Assembly: GCF_000172995.2 (NCBI RefSeq)
Contig: NC_014729.1
Location: 2,220,001 to 2,252,000 of the forward strand
Direction of reading: 5' to 3'
Source of the DNA: Halogeometricum borinquense DSM 11551
Lineage (GTDB): Archaea > Halobacteriota > Halobacteria > Halobacteriales > Haloferacaceae
Length of the DNA stretch: 32,000 nt
Below are positions 8,841 to 17,914 of this stretch, one piece after another (positions within the stretch are counted from its first letter, which is position 1; the number at the start of each line of letters is the position of its first letter). Under the pieces are notes generated by a model. That model saw only the letters and a program-made list of their open reading frames with translations, had not been told where the DNA came from and did not search any database. The translations under genes were made by a program, and so were the position numbers.

Positions 8841-9479
8841 TCAGCCGAAGTTTTCTACTTTCGCGGCGTCGCTGTCGCCACCCGCAGCATCGATTGCCCC
8901 CTCGGCGGCCGCGACGAAGTCGCTGAATCCGTAGACGAACACCTGTTCTTCCGCCCCATCTGTTACAACGTCAGCGACGGCGTCAGTGATCTCGTCGTCG
9001 GTTATAACCACCGACGCACCCGCGTCACGGAGTTCATCCAGCCTCTCCTCGTGCGCGGGCGCGCTAGTCTGGTAGATAATGGCCACTTGGTTGCCGTCAG
9101 CGACGGCGGCTTCGCCGATGCCGACGGCGGGACCGATACCCGGACCGCCTGCGAGAACGACGGCGCGCGACTCGCCCTGATAGTAGCTCTGTCCGAACGG
9201 CCCGGAAACGTCGAGTGTGTCACCCGTATCGAGGTCCACGAGGAACTGACTGAACGGCCCGGCCTCCTCGGGGTCGATGCCGACAGTGACCTCGAACGTC
9301 CCCTCAACATCCGGCGAAGAGAGCGTATAGAATCGGCTGTACTCCTCCCCTTCGACCGCTGCGGAGAGCTTCACGAACTGGCCGGGGTCGGCCTCGAATC
9401 CATCAGGCGACTCGAATTCGATGGCGACCGTCTCGGGCCCAACGTCACGGACCGCGGCGACGGTGACTGTCGTATCCAT
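8841..9479 (-). CDS. FAD/NAD(P)-binding oxidoreductase, ferredoxin-NADP reductase-like (FNR family)
   Basis: RFYTLSS (RxY[ST] FAD-binding motif), VLAGGPGIGP (GxGxxP nucleotide-binding motif) and a beta-barrel-like N-terminal half. I prefer the start MDTTVTVAAV at 9479 over the 14-aa extension to 9521. Confidence 0.75.
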   Translation of the reverse strand: MDTTVTVAAVRDVGPETVAIEFESPDGFEADPGQFVKLSAAVEGEEYSRFYTLSSPDVEGTFEVTVGIDPEEAGPFSQFLVDLDTGDTLDVSGPFGQSYYQGESRAVVLAGGPGIGPAVGIGEAAVADGNQVAIIYQTSAPAHEERLDELRDAGASVVITDDEITDAVADVVTDGAEEQVFVYGFSDFVAAAEGAIDAAGGDSDAAKVENFG

Positions 9480-9756
9480 ACCCCTCGGTTCGAGGCCGGT
9501 GCCGAAGGGTCTTGTTATCACAACAACGGTGATACCAAGGGGGATTCGACGGGGGTGTGGGTAGGCCCATCATACAGATGAAGCGCAGTTGACGAACGCG
9601 TCATTATTTACGTGCGACGTGCAGAAACGCGTCGATGCCGAGTCGAGAAATGCCCGTACGGATGGGGAACGCGGGCATTTTCCCGAATTGAGTCGTTCAT
9701 TGTTTTCAATGCCTTTCAGAAGGCTTTTCATCGGGCCATGGGTACGACCAACCCAC

Positions 9757-11502
9757 ATGCCTGCGGACTTCAACTGGGCCATCGGCGGGGAAGCCGGCGA
9801 TGGTATCGACTCGACGGGGAAGATCTTCGCCCAGGCACTCTCTCGGGCTGGACGACACGTCTTCACCTCGAAGGACTTCGCGTCGCGCATCCGCGGTGGA
9901 TACACGGCGTACAAAGTCCGAACAGCGGTGGATCCGGTGCAGAGCGTCGTCGATCGGCTCGACGTGCTCATCGCGCTGACCCCACGAACTATCGAGGAGA
10001 ACCTCGACGAACTTCACGAGGGTTCTGTCATCATCTACGATGGTGAACGAACCACGATGGAGAACGTCGAGATTCCCGAGGGGATGATCGGGCTGGACGT
10101 TCCTCTCAAACGACTCGCCGAGGAAGCCGGTGGGGCCATCATGCGCAACGTCGTCGCACTCGGTGCGGCGTGCGAGGTCGCAGAGTTCCCCATCGAGAAC
10201 CTCGACAGCGCACTGGAGAAACGCTTCGGATCGAAGGGTCAACAGCTCGTTGACAACAACAAGGAGGCGGCACGGAAAGGTCAAGACTACGTCGCCGACG
10301 AGTACGATCACGAGTTCGACTACGACCTCGAAACGACCGACGAGGACTACGTTCTCCTGAACGGCGACGAAGCCATCGGGATGGGCGCAATCGCGGCCGG
10401 CTGTAAGTTCTACGCCGGGTACCCCATCACGCCCGCGACGGACGTCATGGAGTACCTCACGGGTCGCATCGAGAACTTCGGCGGACACGTCGTTCAAGCC
10501 GAAGACGAACTCGCGGCAATCAACCTCGCACTTGGTGCGGCACGCGCGGGTGCGCGGTCGATGACTGCGACCTCCGGTCCGGGTATCGACCTGATGACCG
10601 AAACGTTCGGTCTGGTCGCCACCTCGGAGACGCCGCTCGTCATCGTGGACGTAATGCGCTCCGGTCCCTCGACCGGGATGCCGACGAAGCAAGAGCAGGG
10701 TGACCTGAACATGCTTCTGTACGGCGGTCACGGCGAGATTCCGCGCTTCGTTCTCGCACCGACGACGATTGCTGAGTGCTTCTGGAAGACTGTCGAAGCG
10801 TTCAACCTCGCCGAAAAGTACCAAACGCCCGTCTACCTCACGGCCGACCTCGCGATGGCGGTCACAGAGCAGACGTTCTCTCCGGAGATGTTCGACATGG
10901 ACAAAGTCGAAATCGACCGCGGAAAGGTCGTCGACGAAGACACCATCTCCGAGTGGCAAAACGAGAAGGGGCAGTTCCAACCCCACGCCATCACCGAGGA
11001 CGGCATCTCGCCGCGCGCGTTCCCCGGCACGGACGAGGGGGCGCACATGTCCACGGGTCTCGAACACGACGAACTCGGCCGTCGGACCGAAGACACGGAC
11101 ATGCGCATCGAACAGGTAGACAAACGTACTCGCAAAGTCGAGACGGCGAAGGCCGAAGAGGACTGGAGTCCGCGCGAGTTCGGAAACCCCGATGCCGACA
11201 CGCTGGTCGTCTCGTGGGGATCGAACGAGGGTGCGATGATCGAGGCTATCGACTTCCTCGAAGAGGACGGCATCGACGTCCGGTTCCTCTCGATTCCGTA
11301 CATGTTCCCGCGCTACGACCTAACCGAGGCATTCGAGGAAGCCGACGAAGTCATCGTGGTCGAGTGTAACGCCACGGGGCAGTTCGCCGACATCATCGAG
11401 CACGACACGCTTACACGCGTCAAGCGTGTGAACAAGTATAACGGCGTCCGATTCAAGGCGGACGAACTCGCAGCGGACATCAAAGAGACGCTGGAGGCCT
11501 AA
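9757..11502 (+). CDS. korA: 2-oxoacid:ferredoxin oxidoreductase alpha subunit (size pattern suggests 2-oxoglutarate type)
   Basis: NWAIGGEAGDGIDSTGKIF, GYPITPATDVMEYL and AEDELAAINLALGAARAGARSMTATSGPG. I prefer the start at ATG 9757 because the upstream 56 codons of the track ORF are basic/aromatic and non-halophilic. The Kor versus Por assignment rests only on subunit sizes (581/287 aa) and is tentative. Confidence 0.85.
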   Translation: MPADFNWAIGGEAGDGIDSTGKIFAQALSRAGRHVFTSKDFASRIRGGYTAYKVRTAVDPVQSVVDRLDVLIALTPRTIEENLDELHEGSVIIYDGERTTMENVEIPEGMIGLDVPLKRLAEEAGGAIMRNVVALGAACEVAEFPIENLDSALEKRFGSKGQQLVDNNKEAARKGQDYVADEYDHEFDYDLETTDEDYVLLNGDEAIGMGAIAAGCKFYAGYPITPATDVMEYLTGRIENFGGHVVQAEDELAAINLALGAARAGARSMTATSGPGIDLMTETFGLVATSETPLVIVDVMRSGPSTGMPTKQEQGDLNMLLYGGHGEIPRFVLAPTTIAECFWKTVEAFNLAEKYQTPVYLTADLAMAVTEQTFSPEMFDMDKVEIDRGKVVDEDTISEWQNEKGQFQPHAITEDGISPRAFPGTDEGAHMSTGLEHDELGRRTEDTDMRIEQVDKRTRKVETAKAEEDWSPREFGNPDADTLVVSWGSNEGAMIEAIDFLEEDGIDVRFLSIPYMFPRYDLTEAFEEADEVIVVECNATGQFADIIEHDTLTRVKRVNKYNGVRFKADELAADIKETLEA

Positions 11503-11505
11503 CCA

Positions 11506-12369
11506 ATGAGCTCCGAAATCCGATTCACGGACTTCAAATCCGACAAGCAACCGACGTGGTGCCCCGGCTGTGGGGACTTCGGTACGATGAACGGGATGAT
11601 GAAAGCGCTTGCGAACACGGGGAACGACCCCGACAATACGTTCGTCGTCGCCGGTATCGGCTGTTCCGGCAAGATCGGGACGTACATGCACTCGTACGCC
11701 CTCCACGGCGTCCACGGTCGTGCGCTCCCGGTCGGCGCAGGCGTCAAACTCGCCAACCCCGACCTCGAAGTGATGGTCGCGGGCGGCGACGGTGACGGCT
11801 ACTCCATCGGTGCGGGCCACTTCGTCCACGCGGTTCGGCGCAACGTCGATATGACGTACGTCGTGATGGACAACCGTATCTACGGGCTGACGAAGGGGCA
11901 GGCGTCGCCGACCTCGCGCGAGGACTTCGAGACATCTACGACGCCCGAAGGGCCGCAGCAACCGCCAGTCAACCCGATGGCGCTCGCTCTCGCCGCGGGC
12001 GCGACGTTCATCGCACAGTCGTTCTCGACGGACGCGCGGCGACACGCCGAAATCGTGCAGAAGGCTATCGAACACGACGGCTTCGGATTCGTCAACGTGT
12101 TCAGTCCGTGCGTCACGTTCAACGACGTGGACACGTACGACTACTTCCGCGACTCGCTCGTGGACCTCGCCGAAGAAGACCACGACCCGACGGACTACGA
12201 CGCCGCCAAAGAGGTCATCCTCGACGCGGACAAGGAGTTCCAGGGTGTCGTCTGGCAGGACGAAGCGTCGGTTCCCTACGACGAGAAACACGGCGTGACG
12301 GAGAACATGTCCGAGATCGGCGAGGGCGCACCTGAGGGTGCGATGGACCTCGTCCGCGAGTTCTACTGA
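11506..12369 (+). CDS. korB: 2-oxoacid:ferredoxin oxidoreductase beta subunit (TPP-binding)
   Basis: TWCPGCGDFG, GIGCSGK and the GGDGDGYSIG thiamine-diphosphate motif. It starts 3 nt after the alpha subunit stop. Confidence 0.9.
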   Translation: MSSEIRFTDFKSDKQPTWCPGCGDFGTMNGMMKALANTGNDPDNTFVVAGIGCSGKIGTYMHSYALHGVHGRALPVGAGVKLANPDLEVMVAGGDGDGYSIGAGHFVHAVRRNVDMTYVVMDNRIYGLTKGQASPTSREDFETSTTPEGPQQPPVNPMALALAAGATFIAQSFSTDARRHAEIVQKAIEHDGFGFVNVFSPCVTFNDVDTYDYFRDSLVDLAEEDHDPTDYDAAKEVILDADKEFQGVVWQDEASVPYDEKHGVTENMSEIGEGAPEGAMDLVREFY

Positions 12370-12395
12370 ACTGACAACCCGGACAGCCAACGCGG

Positions 12396-12459
12396 TTTCG
12401 TCTCTATTTCGTTTCTCTCACACGTCGACAGCGCAGTCGATAGCCGCCGTTCACGGCGG
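12396..12459. terminator. T-rich stretch and perfect hairpin in the convergent gap between korB and the zinc-finger gene
   Basis: tttcgtctctatttcgtttctctc follows the korB stop. A ccgccg-ttca-cggcgg hairpin sits at 12444-12459. Confidence 0.3.
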
Positions 12460-12525
12460 ACAGAGACCGGATGCAGAAGAGTTCGGGAAGCAACCGGCGA
12501 CGGTACGAAGGAAGGCGGCCGACTG

Positions 12526-12714
12526 TTACTTCTCGACGCGTTCGACAAACAGACGATAGCGGGTGCCACAGTCGAGACAGCGCGCATCCGGCGATTCGAT
12601 GAGTTCCGTGACCAATACTTCACCGTACTCGCACTCCGGACAGTCGTAGACGAGCGAATCACCGGCGATACGGTGGGCGAACGCGTTCGTGTTTTCGGCG
12701 GTGAGTTTTGGCAT
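12526..12714 (-). CDS. small zinc-finger protein (62 aa, CPxC ... CxxCG)
   Basis: MPKLTAENTN...YDCPECEYGE...ARCLDCGTRY has two Cys pairs 22 aa apart, as in haloarchaeal small CPxCG zinc-finger proteins. The longer track ORF (to 12825) adds a non-acidic extension and is unlikely. Confidence 0.55.
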   Translation of the reverse strand: MPKLTAENTNAFAHRIAGDSLVYDCPECEYGEVLVTELIESPDARCLDCGTRYRLFVERVEK

Positions 12715-12895
12715 ATTTTGCCCCCAATTGTGTGTTACTCTGTGCCGTGGTAAAGCTATCGTCGCTGCCGACACGGCTCGTTCGTCAACTGATCCGCAAG
12801 CAGTTGTGTACCGTGCCGATGACATGACAGTATCATCCGATTCGCGTCCCTTCGAAAAAGGCAGAATAGTCGATTCAGGCGGGTGATACGGTTTG

Positions 12896-12902
12896 TTTTT
12901 AT
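12896..12902 (+). promoter_or_regulatory. TATA-like box of the geranylgeranyl reductase family gene
   Basis: TTTTTAT lies about 29 nt upstream of ATG 12928. Confidence 0.4.
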
Positions 12903-12927
12903 GATGGGACAGGCAACATGAGGTAAC

Positions 12928-14295
12928 ATGCCAGCGGAAGCCTACGACATGGTCGTCGTCGGTGGAGGCACGGCGGGAGCCTTCGCCGCGGCCACCGCGG
13001 CGTCGGAAGGGCTTGACGTCGTCCTCCTTGAACGAAAGTCAGAGGAGGAAGCGGGCCACATCGCCTGCGGTGACGCCATTAAGGGCACAAGCACCTTCCC
13101 CGACGTCATTGACCTTGACTATTTAAAAGAGGAGTCGTTTACTAACCAAAACATCACGCGTGCAGTGTTCGAGAATCCGCGCGGGGACGACCTCGACGTC
13201 CCGTTCCGCGGTGCCGGTGCGGTTGTAGACCGCAAGCGCTACGGCGAGGTTATTCTCGAAGAGGCGGACCGCCTCGGAACCGACATGCACTACGACACCG
13301 TCGTCCAAGACGTATCGCAGGACGACGACGGCCGCGTGACGGGCGTTCGTGCCAAACGAAACGGTGACGTGGTCGAGTACGAGGCTGACGTCACAATTGA
13401 CGGCGCGGGCGCGCTCTCGATTCTCCAAGATAAGACGGACTTCTCGGGGACGACGTTCGATACGAACGTCTCGTACTCGCAGTTCTGTTCGGCCTACCGC
13501 GAGGTCATCGACGTTCCCGAGCCGGTCGATTACGACGATGCAATCGTGTTCAAGCCGACGGAAGAACTCGGCTATCTCTGGTACTTCCCGCGCAGTCCCA
13601 CGGAGATAAACGCCGGTCTCGGCTTCCAGATGACCGAAGAACCGATGAAACTCGTCGATGACCTCAAGCGTGACCTCCGCAACCGACCCGAATTCGAAGG
13701 CGGGACGGTCACGGACAAACTCGGTGCGGCCCTCCCGACGCGCCGCCCCTACGATTCGGCCGTCGCTCCCGGATTTATCGCCGCCGGGGATTCTGCCGGT
13801 CACGTCAATCCGACCACCGGTGGCGGCATCCCCGGTGCGGCCAAGTCCGCCCATTGGGCAGCCAAGCACGCCGTTAAAGCCATCTCAGATGGCGACGTGA
13901 GCGAGGCGAGCCTCTGGGAGTACAACCGCGACGTGATGACCGACTTCGGCAAGCGCTTTGCCGCCGTCGATCTGTACAATATCTGGGGAATGGCACACGA
14001 CGTAGACGAACTCGTCGAAATCGTTTCCTCGCTGCCGGGACAGCAACTTCTCGACTCGCTCAGTAAAGGCTCCTCGAGTATGGGGCTTGGTCTCCAACTG
14101 CAGACGCTCGTCAAGACGTTCGGCCACTGGGATGCGCTGTACGAACTCTACCGGGTTCGAAAACGAGCCAAAGAGATCACTACGATCTACAACGCTTACC
14201 CCTCCTCACCGCGCGCATTCGAGGGATGGCAGGACTCACGCGACAGCGTGATGGACGATCTGTACGATCTCGTCGGCACCGACCCCAAATACTGA
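12928..14295 (+). CDS. geranylgeranyl reductase family FAD-dependent oxidoreductase (digeranylgeranylglycerophospholipid reductase-like)
   Basis: N-terminal Rossmann DMVVVGGGTAGAFAA..VVLLERK, HIACGDAIKG and AAGDSAGHVNPTTGGGI. The 455-aa length is typical of haloarchaeal GGR family members. Confidence 0.85.
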   Translation: MPAEAYDMVVVGGGTAGAFAAATAASEGLDVVLLERKSEEEAGHIACGDAIKGTSTFPDVIDLDYLKEESFTNQNITRAVFENPRGDDLDVPFRGAGAVVDRKRYGEVILEEADRLGTDMHYDTVVQDVSQDDDGRVTGVRAKRNGDVVEYEADVTIDGAGALSILQDKTDFSGTTFDTNVSYSQFCSAYREVIDVPEPVDYDDAIVFKPTEELGYLWYFPRSPTEINAGLGFQMTEEPMKLVDDLKRDLRNRPEFEGGTVTDKLGAALPTRRPYDSAVAPGFIAAGDSAGHVNPTTGGGIPGAAKSAHWAAKHAVKAISDGDVSEASLWEYNRDVMTDFGKRFAAVDLYNIWGMAHDVDELVEIVSSLPGQQLLDSLSKGSSSMGLGLQLQTLVKTFGHWDALYELYRVRKRAKEITTIYNAYPSSPRAFEGWQDSRDSVMDDLYDLVGTDPKY

Positions 14296-14399
14296 CCGAA
14301 TACGGACTCCCTGTACGCGACACTGTCGCATGCTTTGCGGCATTCTACTCACCCTGTCCCAACGTCTTTTGGCGCGACGACCGTTCTCGAAACTGAACT

Positions 14400-15230
14400 A
14401 TGTCTGAGCAGTCGCTTACGACCGAGGACGTACCACTGGCCAACGGAATGCCGATGCTCGGCCTCGGGACGTGGCAGAACGACGAACCAGAAGACTGCGC
14501 GCGAGCGGTCGAGACAGCCCTGAACATGGGCTATCGGCACATCGATACCGCACAGATCTACGGCAATGAGGAGTTTGTCGGAGAAGGAATCGAGAACGCC
14601 ACCGTGCCGCGCGAGGATATCTTCCTCGCTACGAAGGTGTGGATAGACAATCTCTCGTACGACGAGGTGCTCGCGACGACCGAAGAGAGTCTGGAAAAAC
14701 TCGGCGTCGAATCCGTGGATCTGCTCTATGTCCACTGGCCGGCCCGCGAGTACGACCCCGAAGAGACGTTCCGCGCGTTCAACGAACTGTACGACGAGGG
14801 CAAGATAGACCGTATCGGAATTAGTAACTTCGAACCCGAGCAGATCGAAACAGCCGTCAAAAGCGCTGATGTTCCGATATTCGCCAACCAAGTTGAACTT
14901 CACCCCCTCCTCCAGCAGGAAGACCTCAGAGCGGCCTGCGAGGAACACGATATCGAAGTCGTCGCCTACTCCCCGCTTGCGCGCGGGACCGTGTTCGAGG
15001 TACCCGAACTCGAAGCAATCGCCGAGAAGCACGGAGTGAGCGAGGCGCAGGTGTCGCTAGCGTGGCTTCGTGAGAAGGGTGTCACGGCGATTCCGAAAGC
15101 GACGGGTGAAGACCACATCCGTGACAACTGGCAGTCGCTCCGTGTCGAACTCGACGCGGAGGACATCGACCGCATCGACAATATCGAACGCACGGACCGG
15201 CGTGTGGATCCCGACTTCGCCCCCTGGTAA
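14400..15230 (+). CDS. aldo/keto reductase (2,5-diketo-D-gluconate reductase-like)
   Basis: LGLGTWQ, GYRHIDTAQIYGNEE, LYVHWP, IGISNF, VELHP and AYSPLARG are the canonical AKR catalytic and signature segments. Confidence 0.9.
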   Translation: MSEQSLTTEDVPLANGMPMLGLGTWQNDEPEDCARAVETALNMGYRHIDTAQIYGNEEFVGEGIENATVPREDIFLATKVWIDNLSYDEVLATTEESLEKLGVESVDLLYVHWPAREYDPEETFRAFNELYDEGKIDRIGISNFEPEQIETAVKSADVPIFANQVELHPLLQQEDLRAACEEHDIEVVAYSPLARGTVFEVPELEAIAEKHGVSEAQVSLAWLREKGVTAIPKATGEDHIRDNWQSLRVELDAEDIDRIDNIERTDRRVDPDFAPW

Positions 15231-15327
15231 CTTCCGAGAGTCGTTCGTTCCCCGCTCGTGTCTAACCGCCGTCCGTTGTTTTCCCCATAGAGAAACCGAT
15301 TAGGTGACGGCGTACTAACAGGCGTAT

Positions 15328-15525
15328 ATGGAGTTCAACCTGCCGGTAACTGCTGGAGCGCTCGTCGGCCTCGTCGCCCTCGGAACGGTGGGCCTCATCA
15401 TGATGCCCGCCATGCAGACACGTACTGTATTGATGATGGTAGCGCCGTCGATGCTCGTGTTCGGTGCAATCTGTCTCGTATTAGGCATCAAACACGGCGA
15501 GTACCGCGCCAGCAGCACGCGGTAG
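15328..15525 (+). CDS. small membrane protein (65 aa, two predicted TM helices)
   Basis: ATG ORF with two hydrophobic stretches (AGALVGLVALGTVGLIMM and VLMMVAPSMLVFGAICLVLGI). It occupies an otherwise unassigned gap. There is no homology evidence. Confidence 0.45.
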   Translation: MEFNLPVTAGALVGLVALGTVGLIMMPAMQTRTVLMMVAPSMLVFGAICLVLGIKHGEYRASSTR

Positions 15526-15564
15526 CAACGCGGTAGTAAGCCACCTCGCCGTCCCTGTTTCTGA

Positions 15565-16683
15565 CTACTGTTCGACTGCCTCTTCGAGCGTCTCGTTTTC
15601 GCTCATCGTCGCCGCGATGCGGACACCGATGACGCTGACGACAATCCCGCCGACGATGAACAAAGCGAGTCGCTGACGTGCGGAGAGCGCCCAACTGAAC
15701 AGGACCGCATCTGAGAGAATTCCTTCACGCTGGAGGAACCACCCGGCGAAGCCACGGACGACGAGGCCGAGGGCGACGATGCCGAACGGAAGGTTCAGAT
15801 ACTGCCGACTCACGCCATCGGTTCCGATCAGTTCGTCCAGCAGACGGCCAGCGCTGGCGGTCAACGCCGCGAGCGCTAACCACGGAACGGCGTGATAGAT
15901 GAACTGCATCGTCGAAATCAGCGTCGCACTCGTGCCGCTTCCGGTAAGTGGCGTCACGGAGAGCGCGCCGAGGAACGCGCCCACGAGAGTGAGTCCCGCG
16001 GCAACGACGTAAGTGACGATCGACACCTGTCCCGAGTACAATGCGTCCCGAATTCTCTCCGGAGACTCGGCCAACAGTTGGTCGATTGCGAGTCCCTTGT
16101 AGAGCAGTGCCGCACCGAGAACCGACCCGATGACGGCGAAGGCAAGTTGCGGTTCGAACCGCGTGAGGAGCAACGGCATCAACAAAAGCGTCGCACCGAG
16201 GGGGACGAGGATAGTCGAGCGGAGTTCCTCGTCCGCGAGGAACTGCTTGAGGAGGTAGTACGTCGATTCGATGTCGTGCGCTTGCCGGACGACGACTCTG
16301 TCCACCGAGTCAATGCGGAGTCGGCTCTCGATGACAGGGACGACGCGTTCGTCGCTCGCGCTATCGACAACGACGATTGCGGATTCTGGGTCGTACTCGT
16401 CGACGAGTGCATCGACCTGCGCGGCGAGCGACCGGTCCGCGCCGACGAGTGTGTCGTTCACGCCGGAGACAACAGCAACAATGGAATCTTCTTTTTCATC
16501 ACGTAAATCGCGAGAGACACGAAGGGCCTCGAGTAAACAGTTCACGTTCGAGTCCTCCGGGTCAGCCAGCCCGACGTCGGTGACGAGAGAGCGAACGGCC
16601 TCCCATCCGACGACGGGCGTTGGAAGACCCGCCTTCCGTCCGATGTCGTTCGAACGGTCCACACAGAGGACGAGCGTACTCAC
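15565..16683 (-). CDS. DUF373-family archaeal integral membrane protein
   Basis: N-terminus MSTLVLCVDRSNDIGRKAGLPTPVVGWEA...LADPEDSNVNCLLEA matches my recollection of the DUF373 soluble domain. It is followed by about 6 TM segments. A TTTAA-like box lies about 26 nt upstream of the ATG. Confidence 0.75.
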   Translation of the reverse strand: MSTLVLCVDRSNDIGRKAGLPTPVVGWEAVRSLVTDVGLADPEDSNVNCLLEALRVSRDLRDEKEDSIVAVVSGVNDTLVGADRSLAAQVDALVDEYDPESAIVVVDSASDERVVPVIESRLRIDSVDRVVVRQAHDIESTYYLLKQFLADEELRSTILVPLGATLLLMPLLLTRFEPQLAFAVIGSVLGAALLYKGLAIDQLLAESPERIRDALYSGQVSIVTYVVAAGLTLVGAFLGALSVTPLTGSGTSATLISTMQFIYHAVPWLALAALTASAGRLLDELIGTDGVSRQYLNLPFGIVALGLVVRGFAGWFLQREGILSDAVLFSWALSARQRLALFIVGGIVVSVIGVRIAATMSENETLEEAVEQ

Positions 16684-16706
16684 AGGCGTGCGAACGTCTC
16701 ACTGGG

Positions 16707-16712
16707 TTAAAG
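16707..16712 (-). promoter_or_regulatory. TATA-like box of the DUF373 gene
   Basis: The minus strand reads CTTTAA, centred about 26 nt upstream of the ATG at 16683. Confidence 0.4.
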
Positions 16713-16785
16713 TATGCTCGGTACTGCGCTCGTAATCGAGAGAGTACCGTGGGGTTTCGGGAATCGCGCTTCCGACCCGGATCGG

Positions 16786-17790
16786 TTACAGTCTGAACCG
16801 AAACTCCGAGGCGTCAGCGTCGAACGCAGAGGCGACGCCCGCGCCGAGTGCGAAAGCAACGCGCTCTGCACCGCCACGGAGGCGCGAAACGAGGTTCTCA
16901 CTCGGGGTGAACTCCCGAACCGACACCGATTCCACATCGAGACGCGCGGCGAGTCGGTCCAGCACGTCGTCTCGCGTACCGAGTTCGTCCACTAAGCCGA
17001 GTTCGTGTGCCCTCGACCCGAGATAGACGCGGGCTTCGGTGTCACGAATCGCGTCGGGATCCATCTCTCGGCCCTCGGCGACCCGTTCGACGAAGTCGTC
17101 GTAGTAGTCGTCAACGAGACCCTGCAAGTACTCGCGTTCGTCCGCAGACGGTTCTTTCAACGCGGTGCCTGCGTCCTTGTACTTCCCGGCCGCGAACCGT
17201 TCGTAGGAGACCCCGAGCCTGTCAGCGAGTTCGTGGACGTTCACCGACGAGCCGATGACGCCGATGCTCCCGACGATGCTTACATCGTGCGCCCAGATTT
17301 CGTCACATCCGCTTGCAATCCAGTAGCCGCCGCTGGCGCAGGTGTCGGTAGCGTACGCGATGGTCGGTCCGTCGAACTCGGCGACTGCCCGGCGGATGTC
17401 GTCGCTGGGAAGAACAGCCCCACCGGGTGTGTTCAGACGAACGAGAAGCCCATCGACAGCACCGTCGTCGGCCGCCGTCTGAATCTGTTCGACCACGTCG
17501 TCGCTCGATGCACCGCCGGGCCGGGTGGGGAGCCTCCCCGACCCTCCGTCGCGGGAAATCGGCCCTTCGACGGCGATTTCCGCCACGTCGTAGTCGGAAT
17601 ACCGCGACGAGGCGATGCGCCCACCGATGACGGTTCCGCCGAGGACAGTCGCCACAACGAGGAGGATACCCAGAAGGCTCGTCACATCCTCCGGGAGGAT
17701 ATAGAACAGAAACCACCCGACAACTCCGGCGAGAGCGGCGACGCTGACGACGATGGTGAAGCGTCCGAGACGATCCATGCGGTCGGTCAC
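16786..17790 (-). CDS. sppA: signal peptide peptidase SppA (S49 family, 36K type)
   Basis: N-terminal TM anchor, CASGGYWIASGCDEIWA (Ser nucleophile context), GSIGVIG and FAAGKYKDAG are typical of the S49 peptidase family. Confidence 0.85.
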   Translation of the reverse strand: MTDRMDRLGRFTIVVSVAALAGVVGWFLFYILPEDVTSLLGILLVVATVLGGTVIGGRIASSRYSDYDVAEIAVEGPISRDGGSGRLPTRPGGASSDDVVEQIQTAADDGAVDGLLVRLNTPGGAVLPSDDIRRAVAEFDGPTIAYATDTCASGGYWIASGCDEIWAHDVSIVGSIGVIGSSVNVHELADRLGVSYERFAAGKYKDAGTALKEPSADEREYLQGLVDDYYDDFVERVAEGREMDPDAIRDTEARVYLGSRAHELGLVDELGTRDDVLDRLAARLDVESVSVREFTPSENLVSRLRGGAERVAFALGAGVASAFDADASEFRFRL

Positions 17791-17878
17791 AGCGAATCAC
17801 CAACGAACATCATGGCTGTCGCTGGGGCTTGATGCGTGATAAAATATCGCAAGTGGGCCACGGCTGGCAGCAGCTCGG

Positions 17879-17914
17879 AAAACAGAAAAAAGATAAAAAG
17901 ATGCGCTCCGGCGC
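17879..17914 (-). terminator. GC palindrome plus oligo-T tract terminator of the coiled-coil gene
   Basis: Immediately after the TAA stop (17915-17917) the minus strand reads GCGCCGGAGCGC, then CTTTTTATCTTTTTTCTGTTTT. Oligo-U tracts are the established archaeal termination signal. Confidence 0.6.

Noticed and set aside
7663-8934. 423-aa plus-strand ORF spanning nosF/nosY in another frame
   Set aside because: Extremely Arg/Pro/Ser-rich low-complexity translation. The alternative frames contain Walker motifs and TM helices, so this is an out-of-frame artefact.
9589-9756. N-terminal extensions offered by the ORF track (korA to 9589; also mcm to 4472, FNR-like to 9521, mgsA to 23995, zinc-finger gene to 12825, hypothetical to 27417, nosL to 4502)
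   Set aside because: The extensions are basic/aromatic or Cys-containing, unlike the acidic mature proteins. Internal ATGs sit at family-typical N-termini, often with a TATA-like box about 25-30 nt upstream.
9706-11067. 453-aa ORF antisense to korA
   Set aside because: Arg/Val/Gly-rich and non-acidic, lying exactly opposite a gene with unambiguous motifs. This is a typical long antisense ORF generated by GC-rich third codon positions.
16146-16160. tRNA-like T-arm strings (ggttcgaac and similar; also near 2546, 5727, 9487)
   Set aside because: All lie inside well-supported CDS or lack acceptor, D and anticodon arms in the surrounding about 75 nt. I could not fold any tRNA.
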